Source of the DNA: an uncultured archaeon
GTDB taxonomy: Archaea > Iainarchaeota > Iainarchaeia > Iainarchaeales > JAAZKV01
Assembly (NCBI GenBank): GCA_964551375.1
Contig: CAZKBG010000001.1
Location: 914,136-946,135, forward strand
Direction: 5' to 3'
DNA length: 32,000 nucleotides
Under the pieces are notes generated by a model. The model saw nothing but the letters and a program-made list of their open reading frames with translations, ran no database searches and was not told the origin of the DNA. Shown one piece after another: positions 1 through 9,093 of the stretch (within the stretch, counting starts at the first letter, position 1; each line of letters starts with the position of its first letter). The position numbers were made by a program, and so were the translations under genes.

Positions 1-2
1 TT

Positions 3-449
3 GAGGCAATTAAAGAAGCAAAAAAAGCTCTGCGAAAAAATCAAGGCGGACCGTTTGGCGCGGTAATTGTAAAAAAAGGGAAAATAATTGCACGCGGGCA
101 TAATATGGTGCTGTCCACAAACGACCCCACTGCGCACGCTGAAGTAGTTGCAATAAGAAGGGCTACAAAAAAACTCAAAAGATTTAATTTAAGCGACTGC
201 GAGTTATACTCTTCATGCGAACCGTGCCCGATGTGCCTTGCTGCAGCTGAGTGGGCAAAAATAAAAACGCTGTACTACGGATGCACAAGAAATGACGCTG
301 CGAAAATAGGGTTTGACGACAAAAAAATTTACGGCGATATTAAAGCGGCTCCAAAAAGCAGGCTCATTAAAGAAATACACGTGCATGAAGATGCTGAATT
401 TATTCCTTTTTTAGAATGGGAAAAAAAGAAAAACAAAAAACAGTACTAA
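3..449 (+). CDS. Guanine deaminase-like cytidine/deoxycytidylate deaminase family protein (5' truncated by window edge)
   Basis: The reading frame is open from position 3, upstream of the listed ATG at 105: EAIKEAKKALRKNQGGPFGAVIVKKGKIIARGHN. Zinc-binding motifs HAE and PCPMC are present, and the segment NDPTAHAEVVAIRRA...SCEPCPMCLAAAEWA...DDKKIYGDI resembles bacterial guanine deaminases. Confidence 0.85.
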   Translation, partial: EAIKEAKKALRKNQGGPFGAVIVKKGKIIARGHNMVLSTNDPTAHAEVVAIRRATKKLKRFNLSDCELYSSCEPCPMCLAAAEWAKIKTLYYGCTRNDAAKIGFDDKKIYGDIKAAPKSRLIKEIHVHEDAEFIPFLEWEKKKNKKQY

Positions 450-474
450 AACGAAAAGTAATTTTGGTGATTTA

Positions 475-915
475 GTGGCGTTTGAGCACTTTGAACACAG
501 AGCAGATATTGGCGTGCGCGGAATTGGAAAAACAATTGAAGAAGCATTTGGCGAATGCGCAAAGGGAATGTATGAAATAATGGCTGATGTTAATTCAATT
601 GAGCCTAAAAAAGCGCATGTATTTACAGTTACTGCTTCTGATAAACAGGCGCTTCTTGTTGCATTTTTGAATGAGCTTTTATTTATCAAAGACAAAAAGA
701 AAATGATTTACTCAAAAATAAGAGTAAATATTTACACAATTTTAGATGATTCAAAAACAAGCGAAACTTGGGAACTAAAAGCAACTGTGTTTGGGGAAAA
801 AATTGACCAAAAGAAGCATAAAATAAAAGTTGACGCAAAAGCCGCAACTTACTCCGAGCTCAAAGTTGAAACGCAGGGAGACAATTGGATTGCGCAGTGC
901 ATAATTGATGTTTGA
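475..915 (+). CDS. Archease (RtcB-associated protein)
   Basis: N-terminus FEHFEHRADIGVRGIGKTIEEAFGECAKGMYEIMAD matches the archease family. It lies directly upstream of rtcB. GTG start after a GGTGAT SD-like motif. Confidence 0.93.
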   Translation: MAFEHFEHRADIGVRGIGKTIEEAFGECAKGMYEIMADVNSIEPKKAHVFTVTASDKQALLVAFLNELLFIKDKKKMIYSKIRVNIYTILDDSKTSETWELKATVFGEKIDQKKHKIKVDAKAATYSELKVETQGDNWIAQCIIDV

Positions 916-969
916 TTAAATAAATTTTGAATAAAGCGTTAAGTAAATGTTATTTAATTTGTGATAAAT

Positions 970-2439
970 ATGGTAAATGTAAAAAAAGTCGCTCCGTTTT
1001 CTTTTGAAGTTGAAAAAGAAGGCGAAATGAGAATTCCTGCCAAAATTTATGCAAGCGATGAACAGGTTGAGGTGCTGAGAGCGGACCAAAATAAAAGGCC
1101 TGATTCAAATTCATTAAAACAACTTGCTGACACATGCACACTTGCTGGTTTAGTGGGAGTAGTTTCGCTGGCTGATATTCATGTAGGATACGGAACGCCA
1201 ATTGGGACAACCACTGCAAGCGATGTAAAAGAAGGGGTAATTACATTTGCCGCAACAGGATTTGACATAAACTGCGGAGTTCACTCAATTGTTGTTCCAT
1301 TAACTGCAAAAGAAGTCGGGGAGAAAAAGAAAGAACTTGCGGAGCAGTTATTCAAAGATGTTCCTGCGGGACTTGGAATACGCGGGAAATTAATTTTAAA
1401 GAAAACTGAAATGGATGAAGTTTTAGAAACAGGAGCGAAATTTGCGGTTAAGAAAGGATTTGGCTCAAAAAAAGATTTAAAATTTTTGGAAGAAGAAGGA
1501 TGCGTTAAAGGCGCTGACTTGAGTGCAGTGACTGACAAGGCAAAAGAAAGAGCGCTTGACCAGATTGGAACGCTTGGAAGCGGAAATCATTACTGTGAAG
1601 TTCAGGAGATTGAAAAAGTATTTGATGATAGTGCGGCGAAGGCATTCGGACTTAATGAAGGCGGAGTAATGGTAAGCATACACTGCGGTTCAAGAGCGCT
1701 TGGACACCAAATAGGAACTGATTATTTATCTATACTTGACAGCGCAGTAAAAAAATACAGCATTAAAATTCCGCAGAGGGATTTAGTATGCGCGCCGTTT
1801 AACAGCGAAGAAGGGCAGAAGTACTTTGGAGCAATAAATGCGGGAAGCAATGCTGCATTTATGAATAGATTTGTAATTGGAGCGCTTGTAAAAAGAAGTT
1901 TTGCAAAAGTATTTGAAATAAGCGAAGACGATTCAAAAACATTTTATGATGTGGGGCACAACACTGCCAAAATAGAAACTCATAATGTTGGACAATATTT
2001 AGATGGCGGGGGAAATAAAAAGCAAAAAGTCCTCATTCAGCGAAAAGGCTCCACAAGAGGATTTGGGCCTGGCAATTTGGCAGTTCCATTAAAGTACAGA
2101 AAAATCGGACAGCCTGTAATGGCCGGCGGTTCAATGGGGACTCATTCATTTATCTTAAAAGGGACTAATGCTGCAATGGACAAGACTTTTGGCTCAACCA
2201 TCCACGGGGCGGGGCGAAGCATGTCAAGAACTGCGGCTCTAGAAAAATGGTCTGGGGAAGATTTGCTTTTGGAACTTGCAAAAAAAGGAATTATTGTTAA
2301 AGCAAGGTCCACTAAAGGCTTGCCTGAAGAAGCTCCAAATGCGTACAAGGACATAAACTCGGTTGTTGAAGTAATGCACAAAACTAATATTTCAAAAAAA
2401 GTCGCAAGATTAAAACCAATGATTTGCATAAAAGGCTGA
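970..2439 (+). CDS. rtcB: tRNA-splicing ligase RtcB
   Basis: Characteristic RtcB segments ADIHVGYGTPIGTT, GFDINCGVHSI, GTLGSGNHYCEVQ, SIHCGSRALGHQ, APFNSEEGQKYFGAINAGSNAAFMNR and GSMGTHSFILKGT. ATG at 970 is preferred over GTG at 961. Confidence 0.97.
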   Translation: MVNVKKVAPFSFEVEKEGEMRIPAKIYASDEQVEVLRADQNKRPDSNSLKQLADTCTLAGLVGVVSLADIHVGYGTPIGTTTASDVKEGVITFAATGFDINCGVHSIVVPLTAKEVGEKKKELAEQLFKDVPAGLGIRGKLILKKTEMDEVLETGAKFAVKKGFGSKKDLKFLEEEGCVKGADLSAVTDKAKERALDQIGTLGSGNHYCEVQEIEKVFDDSAAKAFGLNEGGVMVSIHCGSRALGHQIGTDYLSILDSAVKKYSIKIPQRDLVCAPFNSEEGQKYFGAINAGSNAAFMNRFVIGALVKRSFAKVFEISEDDSKTFYDVGHNTAKIETHNVGQYLDGGGNKKQKVLIQRKGSTRGFGPGNLAVPLKYRKIGQPVMAGGSMGTHSFILKGTNAAMDKTFGSTIHGAGRSMSRTAALEKWSGEDLLLELAKKGIIVKARSTKGLPEEAPNAYKDINSVVEVMHKTNISKKVARLKPMICIKG

Positions 2440-2527
2440 TTTTATTTTTTTATTCTGATTTTTTAAGCCAAAATGCTTTTGCCGAAGCAAATAGATAACA
2501 ATTAAATATAAAAAACTGCTAATATTA

Positions 2528-3544
2528 ATGAGGGATGGGATGGAACTTGATTACGGCAAAATACTTGAATTTGGACTTTTTGGCTGGATGAAGCAGGAAG
2601 GAGTTTGGAAATACATCCTTGGGTATTTTATTTACTTAACAGCAGTGCTTGTGGCAACATCATATGTAATGTACTCAGTTCTAAAGCCGTTCATAACTTT
2701 TGAAGCGACTTCTAATCTTGCCGCGCTGAATTCAATTGTATATTTAGCTATTTTTTTATTAGTGCTAACAATAGTTTCACTCATAATTCAATCAGCATTT
2801 TCTTACCTTTTCATTGCAAAAGCATTGAATTCAAGAGGCAGAAAATTTGTTGAATTTGATTTATTGAGGTGGGCGAGATTTGTTGTTTTTGAAATCGCAA
2901 CATTCTTTTCAGTTCTATTTTCAATATTCAATCTAAAACTTCTTTTGGTTGGAATTGCATCAATAGTCTGCATTGGAATAGGGCTATTGAGCATATTTTT
3001 GTCATCATTTGGCGGGAATTACTCTCTGGGAGTAATAATATTTGCTCTATTTTTTATTCTTGGATTATTGCTTGGATTAGCATATCTTGCAATATTGATT
3101 TACAATGCAATAAAACTTTCAATGGGCGCGGTTTCGTTTGTTGAAAGCGAAAAAAACATAATGGATGCGTTAAAAGATTCGTGGGAAATGACTGCGGGAA
3201 GCACGCTAAACATTTTTATAGGGCTGTTTTTGATTGGGCTTATTGTTGGCATAATAGTGGGAATAGGGATGATTCCTTCAATGGCGTATAATTTTGCGAT
3301 AAGCTTTACAAATCCCGGGGCTGCCGGCGCAATTGGGTACATGATTGACCCGATTTATCTTTTGCTGTCAATTCCATATTTAGTGCTGCAGGCAGTTGGC
3401 TCAATAATGACTTACTTTGGGGCGATTGAAATTTATTCCCAGCTAAAAGGGGCAAATAAAGGGGCTAGCGCTGTATCTTTGGGCTCAAATGCCTCTAAAA
3501 CTATAGTTAAACGGAGCTTTGCAGGGAAAAAGAAACTAAAGTAA
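2528..3544 (+). CDS. Multi-pass membrane protein of unknown function
   Basis: 338-aa ORF with several long hydrophobic segments and a Lys-rich C-terminus. No family recognised. Confidence 0.75.
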   Translation: MRDGMELDYGKILEFGLFGWMKQEGVWKYILGYFIYLTAVLVATSYVMYSVLKPFITFEATSNLAALNSIVYLAIFLLVLTIVSLIIQSAFSYLFIAKALNSRGRKFVEFDLLRWARFVVFEIATFFSVLFSIFNLKLLLVGIASIVCIGIGLLSIFLSSFGGNYSLGVIIFALFFILGLLLGLAYLAILIYNAIKLSMGAVSFVESEKNIMDALKDSWEMTAGSTLNIFIGLFLIGLIVGIIVGIGMIPSMAYNFAISFTNPGAAGAIGYMIDPIYLLLSIPYLVLQAVGSIMTYFGAIEIYSQLKGANKGASAVSLGSNASKTIVKRSFAGKKKLK

Positions 3545-3551
3545 TCTTAGT

Positions 3552-3581
3552 GTGCTCTTTGGCAAATAAAGCCAAAAGCAC
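3552..3581 (+). terminator. Terminator-like hairpin after the membrane protein gene
   Basis: GTGCTCTTTGGC-AAATAAA-GCCAAAAGCAC: near-perfect stem with one extra base, just downstream of a stop codon. No strong T tract. Confidence 0.4.
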
Positions 3582-3613
3582 TCATTTAACTTCTTCCAGT
3601 TAATAAGCGAAAA

Positions 3614-3645
3614 GTATATATATTCCTTTCTCGCAACATATATAT
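3614..3645 (+). promoter_or_regulatory. Putative promoter region with two TATA-like elements
   Basis: AGTATATATATT and CATATATATT lie about 20 bp apart, 50-75 bp upstream of the surface-protein start. Confidence 0.5.
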
Positions 3646-3691
3646 TGGCACGCCAATTTTTTAGATGCGCGCCATAAGGTGGGTTGGTTAA

Positions 3692-5632
3692 ATGAATAAA
3701 TTACTTGGGATAACACTGGTTGCTTTGGCATTTTTAATGCTGAGCATAAACGCATTTGCATGCAATATCTCATTAACAAACTTTTCAACAGAACTAAGGC
3801 CAGAAAACACTGACTCATACTACTCAAGCATCTCAACAGCAAAGAATAATGACATTGATATTAAACTTGAATTTGAAGTAGATTCACATTCAGGAACTGA
3901 CTGCCCGACAAACATCGGGGCGCAGGCAAAAATTTACAGATATAACTCAAACAACTCTACTTGGGAAAATTTTAGAACAACAAGCCTAAAAACACAGGAA
4001 CTTTCAAATGACTCGTACATTTTTGTATGGAGCAACGAATTCAATACAGGAAATAGCTCAACTTACACAAGATATAGAGTGGACGGATTAATATTCAACT
4101 CTTCAACACAGCTTGACAAAATGGAAGCATACGCTGATGTAATTGACAATTCATGCTCGGGGATTAGACTAACAACTTCAACACTAACTGTGGATGAAGG
4201 AAGAACAGGCTCAAAAGTATTCACAATTGAAAACAACACAGATTATGACTTCACAATAGACAACGCAAGAGCATACTTTTCAAATTCGCTAATTAGAAAC
4301 GGAAGAGTTGATTATGACTCAACAGTTCCAAGCAGATCAACAAGAAGCATAACTGTTTCAGTTGATGTGGGGACAGTTTCTTCAACTTCAACAACTACTG
4401 GAACGCTTGCGGTAAACGGAAGACTAAACTCAAATTCCTGCTCTGAATCAGATGTTGGAACAAGACTATTTGATATAACTGTGAGAGATACAGGGACAAA
4501 TACAACAACAGATTATTACGACGACTATTATTACAATTCAACAAGCTCGGACTGCGATGATATAAGACTTGAATCAAAAACAATTTATGCAGACGAATCA
4601 TCAAACGAGAAAGTAACATTTGCGCTGCAAAATTTATCAACAAAAAGATTTGAGATACTTGAAATATCAACAACATCAAACGGGCTGATAGCAGCTCCTT
4701 ATATGAACGACCAGTATATTTTCCCAGGACAAGTTGGAAATGTAATACTAAACTTAACAACACCAAACGTAACAAGCGAAAGAGCATACAATAATTATGT
4801 GAAAGTAAGAGGAAAATTCGCTGACGGAAGAACATGCGAATTTAGAGACATAAATTCAATATACACAGTAAATGTGCTAAATCAAAGCGACTATGTTGAA
4901 ACAGACTGCAGAGGACTAAACATCTCAGCCCCAAACGCATACAATATTGAAAACTTTGGCACAATGCAGTTCTCAATACAAAATATGACAAACAAAATTG
5001 CAACAATCTTTGTTGAAGGGACAGTGGATGCCACTCCAACAGTAATAACACTGCCAAGCGGCTCAACTATTGCAAGAGAATTAACAATCTCAATGAGCGC
5101 GCCAAGCGGACAATTAAATTTTAGGCCAATTGTTGACGGGTGCTCGCTTCCATCAAAATTTGTTGCACTGACAAACAGCGCTAAAGGGGAAGTAAAAAGC
5201 GTAAAAATGACTGCAACAACTGAATTTGACAAAAACAGCGGAAATACAATCCTTACAGTTGAACTAAACAATCCGACTTCAAAAGAATTTAACGGAACGC
5301 TTGAAATAAGCGCAGCAGGATTTAAGGACATAAAACAAAGCATCAGCCTTTCTCCTGGAGTAAATCATTCAACGCTTGTTCTTGAGCCGACAGGAACAGC
5401 CGCAAGCGGCAAAGGAAAAGCAACCTTTTACTTTGAAGGACAGAAAATTGAAACAGAATTTAATACAGGCCAAACAAACTCGCTTGCAGGATTATTTGCA
5501 TTCGGAGCAGGAAATATGACAATCGGAATAGTTCTAATAGTGATAATTGCGGTAATAGTATTAGTTGGAATTGTCTCAGGAAGAGGAAATATAAAAGTTG
5601 AAAGAGACAACAGCCAAAAATGGACAAAATAA
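3692..5632 (+). CDS. Secreted/cell-surface protein with N-terminal signal sequence and C-terminal transmembrane anchor
   Basis: MNKLLGITLVALAFLMLSINAFAC signal-like start. The ectodomain is Thr/Ser/Asn-rich with spaced Cys and beta-rich character. C-terminal hydrophobic helix MTIGIVLIVIIAVIVLVGIVSG is followed by charged residues. Confidence 0.85.
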   Translation: MNKLLGITLVALAFLMLSINAFACNISLTNFSTELRPENTDSYYSSISTAKNNDIDIKLEFEVDSHSGTDCPTNIGAQAKIYRYNSNNSTWENFRTTSLKTQELSNDSYIFVWSNEFNTGNSSTYTRYRVDGLIFNSSTQLDKMEAYADVIDNSCSGIRLTTSTLTVDEGRTGSKVFTIENNTDYDFTIDNARAYFSNSLIRNGRVDYDSTVPSRSTRSITVSVDVGTVSSTSTTTGTLAVNGRLNSNSCSESDVGTRLFDITVRDTGTNTTTDYYDDYYYNSTSSDCDDIRLESKTIYADESSNEKVTFALQNLSTKRFEILEISTTSNGLIAAPYMNDQYIFPGQVGNVILNLTTPNVTSERAYNNYVKVRGKFADGRTCEFRDINSIYTVNVLNQSDYVETDCRGLNISAPNAYNIENFGTMQFSIQNMTNKIATIFVEGTVDATPTVITLPSGSTIARELTISMSAPSGQLNFRPIVDGCSLPSKFVALTNSAKGEVKSVKMTATTEFDKNSGNTILTVELNNPTSKEFNGTLEISAAGFKDIKQSISLSPGVNHSTLVLEPTGTAASGKGKATFYFEGQKIETEFNTGQTNSLAGLFAFGAGNMTIGIVLIVIIAVIVLVGIVSGRGNIKVERDNSQKWTK

Positions 5633-5696
5633 ATAAGCCATAAGCTCGGGCAAAACAAAGTTTTTACGACGCAAATTTGGCAAACCTTCACAGCAG

Positions 5697-5755
5697 GTTT
5701 ATAAAGGTTTAGCTGGGAAAATACATTATAGTTTGAGTACACTGCTCTATAAAAG
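5697..5755 (+). promoter_or_regulatory. Putative promoter(s) of the ribosomal protein supercluster
   Basis: TATA-like TTTATAAAGG (about 5699) and CTATAAAAG (about 5744), upstream of a roughly 130-nt leader before L3. Confidence 0.5.
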
Positions 5756-5780
5756 TTGGTGAGCTTTTTTAGGGTAAATA

Positions 5781-5801
5781 CCAAAAAACACTGTTTTTTG
5801 G
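5781..5801 (+). promoter_or_regulatory. Hairpin in the L3 leader
   Basis: CCAAAAAAC-ACT-GTTTTTTGG perfect 9-bp inverted repeat between the putative promoter and the L3 start. Confidence 0.5.
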
Positions 5802-5889
5802 TTCAAAAATCTCCAAAAGAAAGAGGTTTTTGCCACAAGCGCTAGGTAGGCGCCCAGTTACTCTGACATAAAACGAAAAATGTGATATA

Positions 5890-6897
5890 ATGTCGGAATA
5901 CAACGCTCCAAGACGAGGATCATTGTCTTACTATCCAAGAGTAAGGTCAAAAAAAGAAACTCCAAGCCTAAAAGGTTATGGAACAGAAAACAAGCCTCTT
6001 AATTTTTTAGCTTATAAAGTTGGAATGGTGCAGGTAATGGGAAAAAACGTGCACAAAGCAAGCCCAACATTCAACCACGAAGTTGTGGCGCCAGCAACAG
6101 TAATCGAATGCCCTCCATTAAAAGTATTTGGAGTAAGAGCATATGCTAAAGCAGAAATCGGATACGCTGCATTAAGCGATGTAATTAGCGAACACGTTGA
6201 CAAAGAGTTAAAGAGAACTATTTTAAATTTTAAAGAAAAATCACAAGGCGCAGACAAGAAAGAAGCAAAGCCTGCAAAGAAGGATGATATTTACACAATG
6301 GCTGATTTTGAAAAAGAATTAGCTGACATAGAATACTTCACACTACTTGTTCACACACAGCCAAAATTCAAGAAAACTCCTGAAGTAAGCGAAGTTTTCC
6401 TTGGCGGAACAAAAGAACAGCAGTTGGCAGTTGCAAAAGAAAAATTAGGAAAAGAAGTAGCAATTGATGAAGTGTTCAAAGAAAATGAATTTTTAGACGT
6501 TAGGGCTGTAACCAAGGGAAAAGGATTCCAAGGCGCAGTAAAAAGATTTGGTGTAAGAACATTTAGACCAAAGCACAAAAAGCAGAGAGTTGTTGGATCA
6601 ATCGGACCATGGCACCCTGCGACAGTAATGTTCACAGTTGCAAGACCCGGACAAATGGGATACCACAATAGAACTGAATCAAACAAGAAGCTAATTAAAA
6701 TTTCTAAAACAGCAACAGACGTAAATCCAAAAGGCGGATTCAAAAATTACGGGCTTGTTGAAGCAAATTACGCATTAATCTTCGGATCAATTCCGGGGCC
6801 AGTAAAAAGATGCGTTGCATTAAGAAAATCACTAAGACCAGCACAGCAGAAGGGAGTTCAGCTTGCAGCGGTAGAAAAAATAATTGCGAACAATTAA
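5890..6897 (+). CDS. rpl3: Ribosomal protein uL3
   Basis: GSLSYYPRVRSKKETP start. Contains VTKGKGFQGAVKRFGV and GSIGPWHPATVMFTVARPGQMGYHNRTE. Confidence 0.97.
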   Translation: MSEYNAPRRGSLSYYPRVRSKKETPSLKGYGTENKPLNFLAYKVGMVQVMGKNVHKASPTFNHEVVAPATVIECPPLKVFGVRAYAKAEIGYAALSDVISEHVDKELKRTILNFKEKSQGADKKEAKPAKKDDIYTMADFEKELADIEYFTLLVHTQPKFKKTPEVSEVFLGGTKEQQLAVAKEKLGKEVAIDEVFKENEFLDVRAVTKGKGFQGAVKRFGVRTFRPKHKKQRVVGSIGPWHPATVMFTVARPGQMGYHNRTESNKKLIKISKTATDVNPKGGFKNYGLVEANYALIFGSIPGPVKRCVALRKSLRPAQQKGVQLAAVEKIIANN

Positions 6898-6924
6898 ATT
6901 TGATATTTGAAAGGTTGATTTTGG

Positions 6925-7884
6925 ATGAAAGCAAATATTATTGGAATTGACGGAACTAGCAAGGGAAGCATAGACTTGCCAAAAGTATTTGAAACAGAAT
7001 ACAAGCCAAGACTAATCAAAAGAGCAGCGCAGGCAATACAAACTGCAAAGAAACAGCCAAAGGGAGCAGATCCTAGAGCTGGAAAAAAGAACACATCTAC
7101 TTACATGGGTTATCGTGGAGTACCAGCTCCAAGAAGAACAATTAACGTTGAACACGCAAGACTTCCAAGACTAAAAAATAGAGGAGCTCTATTATACGGA
7201 AGAGTTGCCTGGGTTCCGCAGTCTGTTGGCGGAATAGCAGCGCACCCATTAAAAGCATGGGAAACAATAGAAGAAAGAATCAACAAAAAAGAAAAGAAAC
7301 AGGCACTAAAGAGCGCAATCGCAGCAACAACAATGAAAGAAATTGTTTCACAGAGATTTATAGTTGAGAAAGAACTCCCAATAGTTGCAGAAGACAAGCT
7401 TGAAGAAGTAGCAAAAACAAGCGAAGTACTTGAAGCATTAAACAAAATCGGCGTAGGAAAAGATCTTGAAAACGCGAGAGGAAAAATAAGACACAGAGCG
7501 GGAAGAGGAAAATCAAGAGGAAGAATCTGGAAAGAAAAGAAAAGTGTTTTAATTGTTGCAGGAAAAAATTCTCCTGTTTTAAAAGCATCAAGAAACTTGC
7601 CAGGCGTAGAAGCAGTAACAGCGCAGTCACTAAACGTTGACTTATTGGCTCCAGGCGCAGAAGCAGGAAGACTTGTTGTTTGGACAAAGAGCGCAATAGA
7701 AGAACTTGGAAAAGAAAAAGTTCACGAAATAAAGCAGGTAAGAGAAACTAAAGCTGAAAAGAAAGCAGCAGAAGCAAAGAAAGATGTTAAAGCTGAAGCT
7801 AAAGCTGATGCAAAGAAAGAAGCTAAAGTTGAAGCAAAGAAAGAAGCGGCAAAAGAAGTTAAGGCAAAGTCTGTGAAGAAGTAA
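6925..7884 (+). CDS. rpl4: Ribosomal protein uL4 with Lys/Ala/Glu-rich C-terminal tail
   Basis: GTSKGSIDLPKVFETEYKPRLIKRA, YMGYRGVPAPRRTINVEHARLPR and GRGKSRGRIWKEKKSVLIV. Followed by a KAEAKKEA-type tail. Confidence 0.95.
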   Translation: MKANIIGIDGTSKGSIDLPKVFETEYKPRLIKRAAQAIQTAKKQPKGADPRAGKKNTSTYMGYRGVPAPRRTINVEHARLPRLKNRGALLYGRVAWVPQSVGGIAAHPLKAWETIEERINKKEKKQALKSAIAATTMKEIVSQRFIVEKELPIVAEDKLEEVAKTSEVLEALNKIGVGKDLENARGKIRHRAGRGKSRGRIWKEKKSVLIVAGKNSPVLKASRNLPGVEAVTAQSLNVDLLAPGAEAGRLVVWTKSAIEELGKEKVHEIKQVRETKAEKKAAEAKKDVKAEAKADAKKEAKVEAKKEAAKEVKAKSVKK

Positions 7885-7905
7885 AATGATATTTAGTGAT
7901 GATTT

Positions 7906-8337
7906 ATGGTAAAATTGACTGACGCAGAAAAGAAACAGGCAGTTGTAGAAAAAACTCCTCACGAAGCGCATGAACACGAATCAAAGATTAGCGAAGCTAA
8001 GCCAAAAGAAGCTAAAGCTGAGAAGAAAGAAGCTAAGGCAAAGACTGAAGAAAAAGCATTAAAATCAACAGCAACACTTCACGATTTAGAAGTATTGCTT
8101 TACCCGTTAGTAACAGAAAAAGCAGTTAACATGATAGAAGCGGAAAACAAGATTACATTTGTAGTAAATGACAACACAAACAAAACAGAAATAAGAAAAG
8201 TATTGCAGGAAGCATACGGCGTGAAAGTTGAGAAGATTAATGTTGTTAGAGACATGAAAGGAAGAAAGAAAGCAATCATAAGACTTGACAAGAAATTCAA
8301 AGCAAGCGAACTTGCAACAAAGCTTGGAGTGCTGTAA
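7906..8337 (+). CDS. rpl23: Ribosomal protein uL23 with low-complexity N-terminal extension
   Basis: Core LEVLLYPLVTEKAVNMIEAENKITFVVNDNTNKTEIRKVLQEAYGVKVEKINV. N-terminal extension HEAHEHESKISEAKPKEAKAEKKEAKAK. Confidence 0.95.
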   Translation: MVKLTDAEKKQAVVEKTPHEAHEHESKISEAKPKEAKAEKKEAKAKTEEKALKSTATLHDLEVLLYPLVTEKAVNMIEAENKITFVVNDNTNKTEIRKVLQEAYGVKVEKINVVRDMKGRKKAIIRLDKKFKASELATKLGVL

Positions 8338-8370
8338 AATTTATAATTTAAATTTGAAAAGTGATAAAAA

Positions 8371-9084
8371 ATGGGAAAACGATTAATCTCACAGAGAAGC
8401 GGAAAAGGAAGCCATACATTCAAGGCAAAGCACAAAGGAATTGAAGCTAAATACATTATCCAGCAGTCTGACGAAATGATGAAAGGCGAAGTGTCGGATT
8501 TAATAAAAGAAAACGGAAGACACGCAATAATTGCAGAAATTACATTTGTAAACGGGGCAAAAGAATACCTTCCAGCAGCAGAAGGATTAGCTCTTGGAAA
8601 GAAAATCCAGCAGGGAAAAGGAATAGACATTGAAGTAGGAAACGTATCTTACTTAGGCGACTTGCCTGAAGGATGCCCAGTATTTAATATTGAAAAAATT
8701 GCAGGAGACGGAGGAACACTTGTAAAATCAAGCGGAACTTACGCCCTATTAATGGCAAAAGACAGCAAGAAAGTAACAGTAAAAATGCCTTCAGGCGCAA
8801 TGCTGACTTTCCCTCTAAACGTAAGAGCAACAGTGGGAAACATCTCATGCGGCGGAAGAGAAGACAAGCCTTTAGTAAAAGCAGGAAACAATTATCATTT
8901 ATTCAAATCAAAGAGAAAGATGTATCCTAGAGTTAGAGGGGTAAAGATGAACGCGGTAGACCACCCATTCGGTGGAGCTTCACACAAGCCCGGAAAATCG
9001 AAGAGCACATCAAGAAACGCGCCACCAGGAAGAAAAGTTGGTGCAATCGCTTCTTCAAGAACAGGAAGGAGGAAGAAGAACTAA
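8371..9084 (+). CDS. rpl2: Ribosomal protein uL2
   Basis: GKRLISQRSGKGSHTFKAKHK start and C-terminal RGVKMNAVDHPFGGASHKPGKSKSTSRNAPPGRKVG. Confidence 0.97.
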   Translation: MGKRLISQRSGKGSHTFKAKHKGIEAKYIIQQSDEMMKGEVSDLIKENGRHAIIAEITFVNGAKEYLPAAEGLALGKKIQQGKGIDIEVGNVSYLGDLPEGCPVFNIEKIAGDGGTLVKSSGTYALLMAKDSKKVTVKMPSGAMLTFPLNVRATVGNISCGGREDKPLVKAGNNYHLFKSKRKMYPRVRGVKMNAVDHPFGGASHKPGKSKSTSRNAPPGRKVGAIASSRTGRRKKN

Positions 9085-9093
9085 AGTTGAAGA

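Noticed and set aside
4395-5343. Minus-strand ORFs inside the surface protein gene
   Set aside because: Overlapping antisense frames without domain similarity. The plus-strand gene has a signal peptide and TM anchor.
7358-7977. Minus-strand ORFs 7358..7696 and 7642..7977
   Set aside because: Reverse complement of K/A/E-rich L4 and L23 coding sequence. Leu/Phe/Cys-rich translation with no motif.
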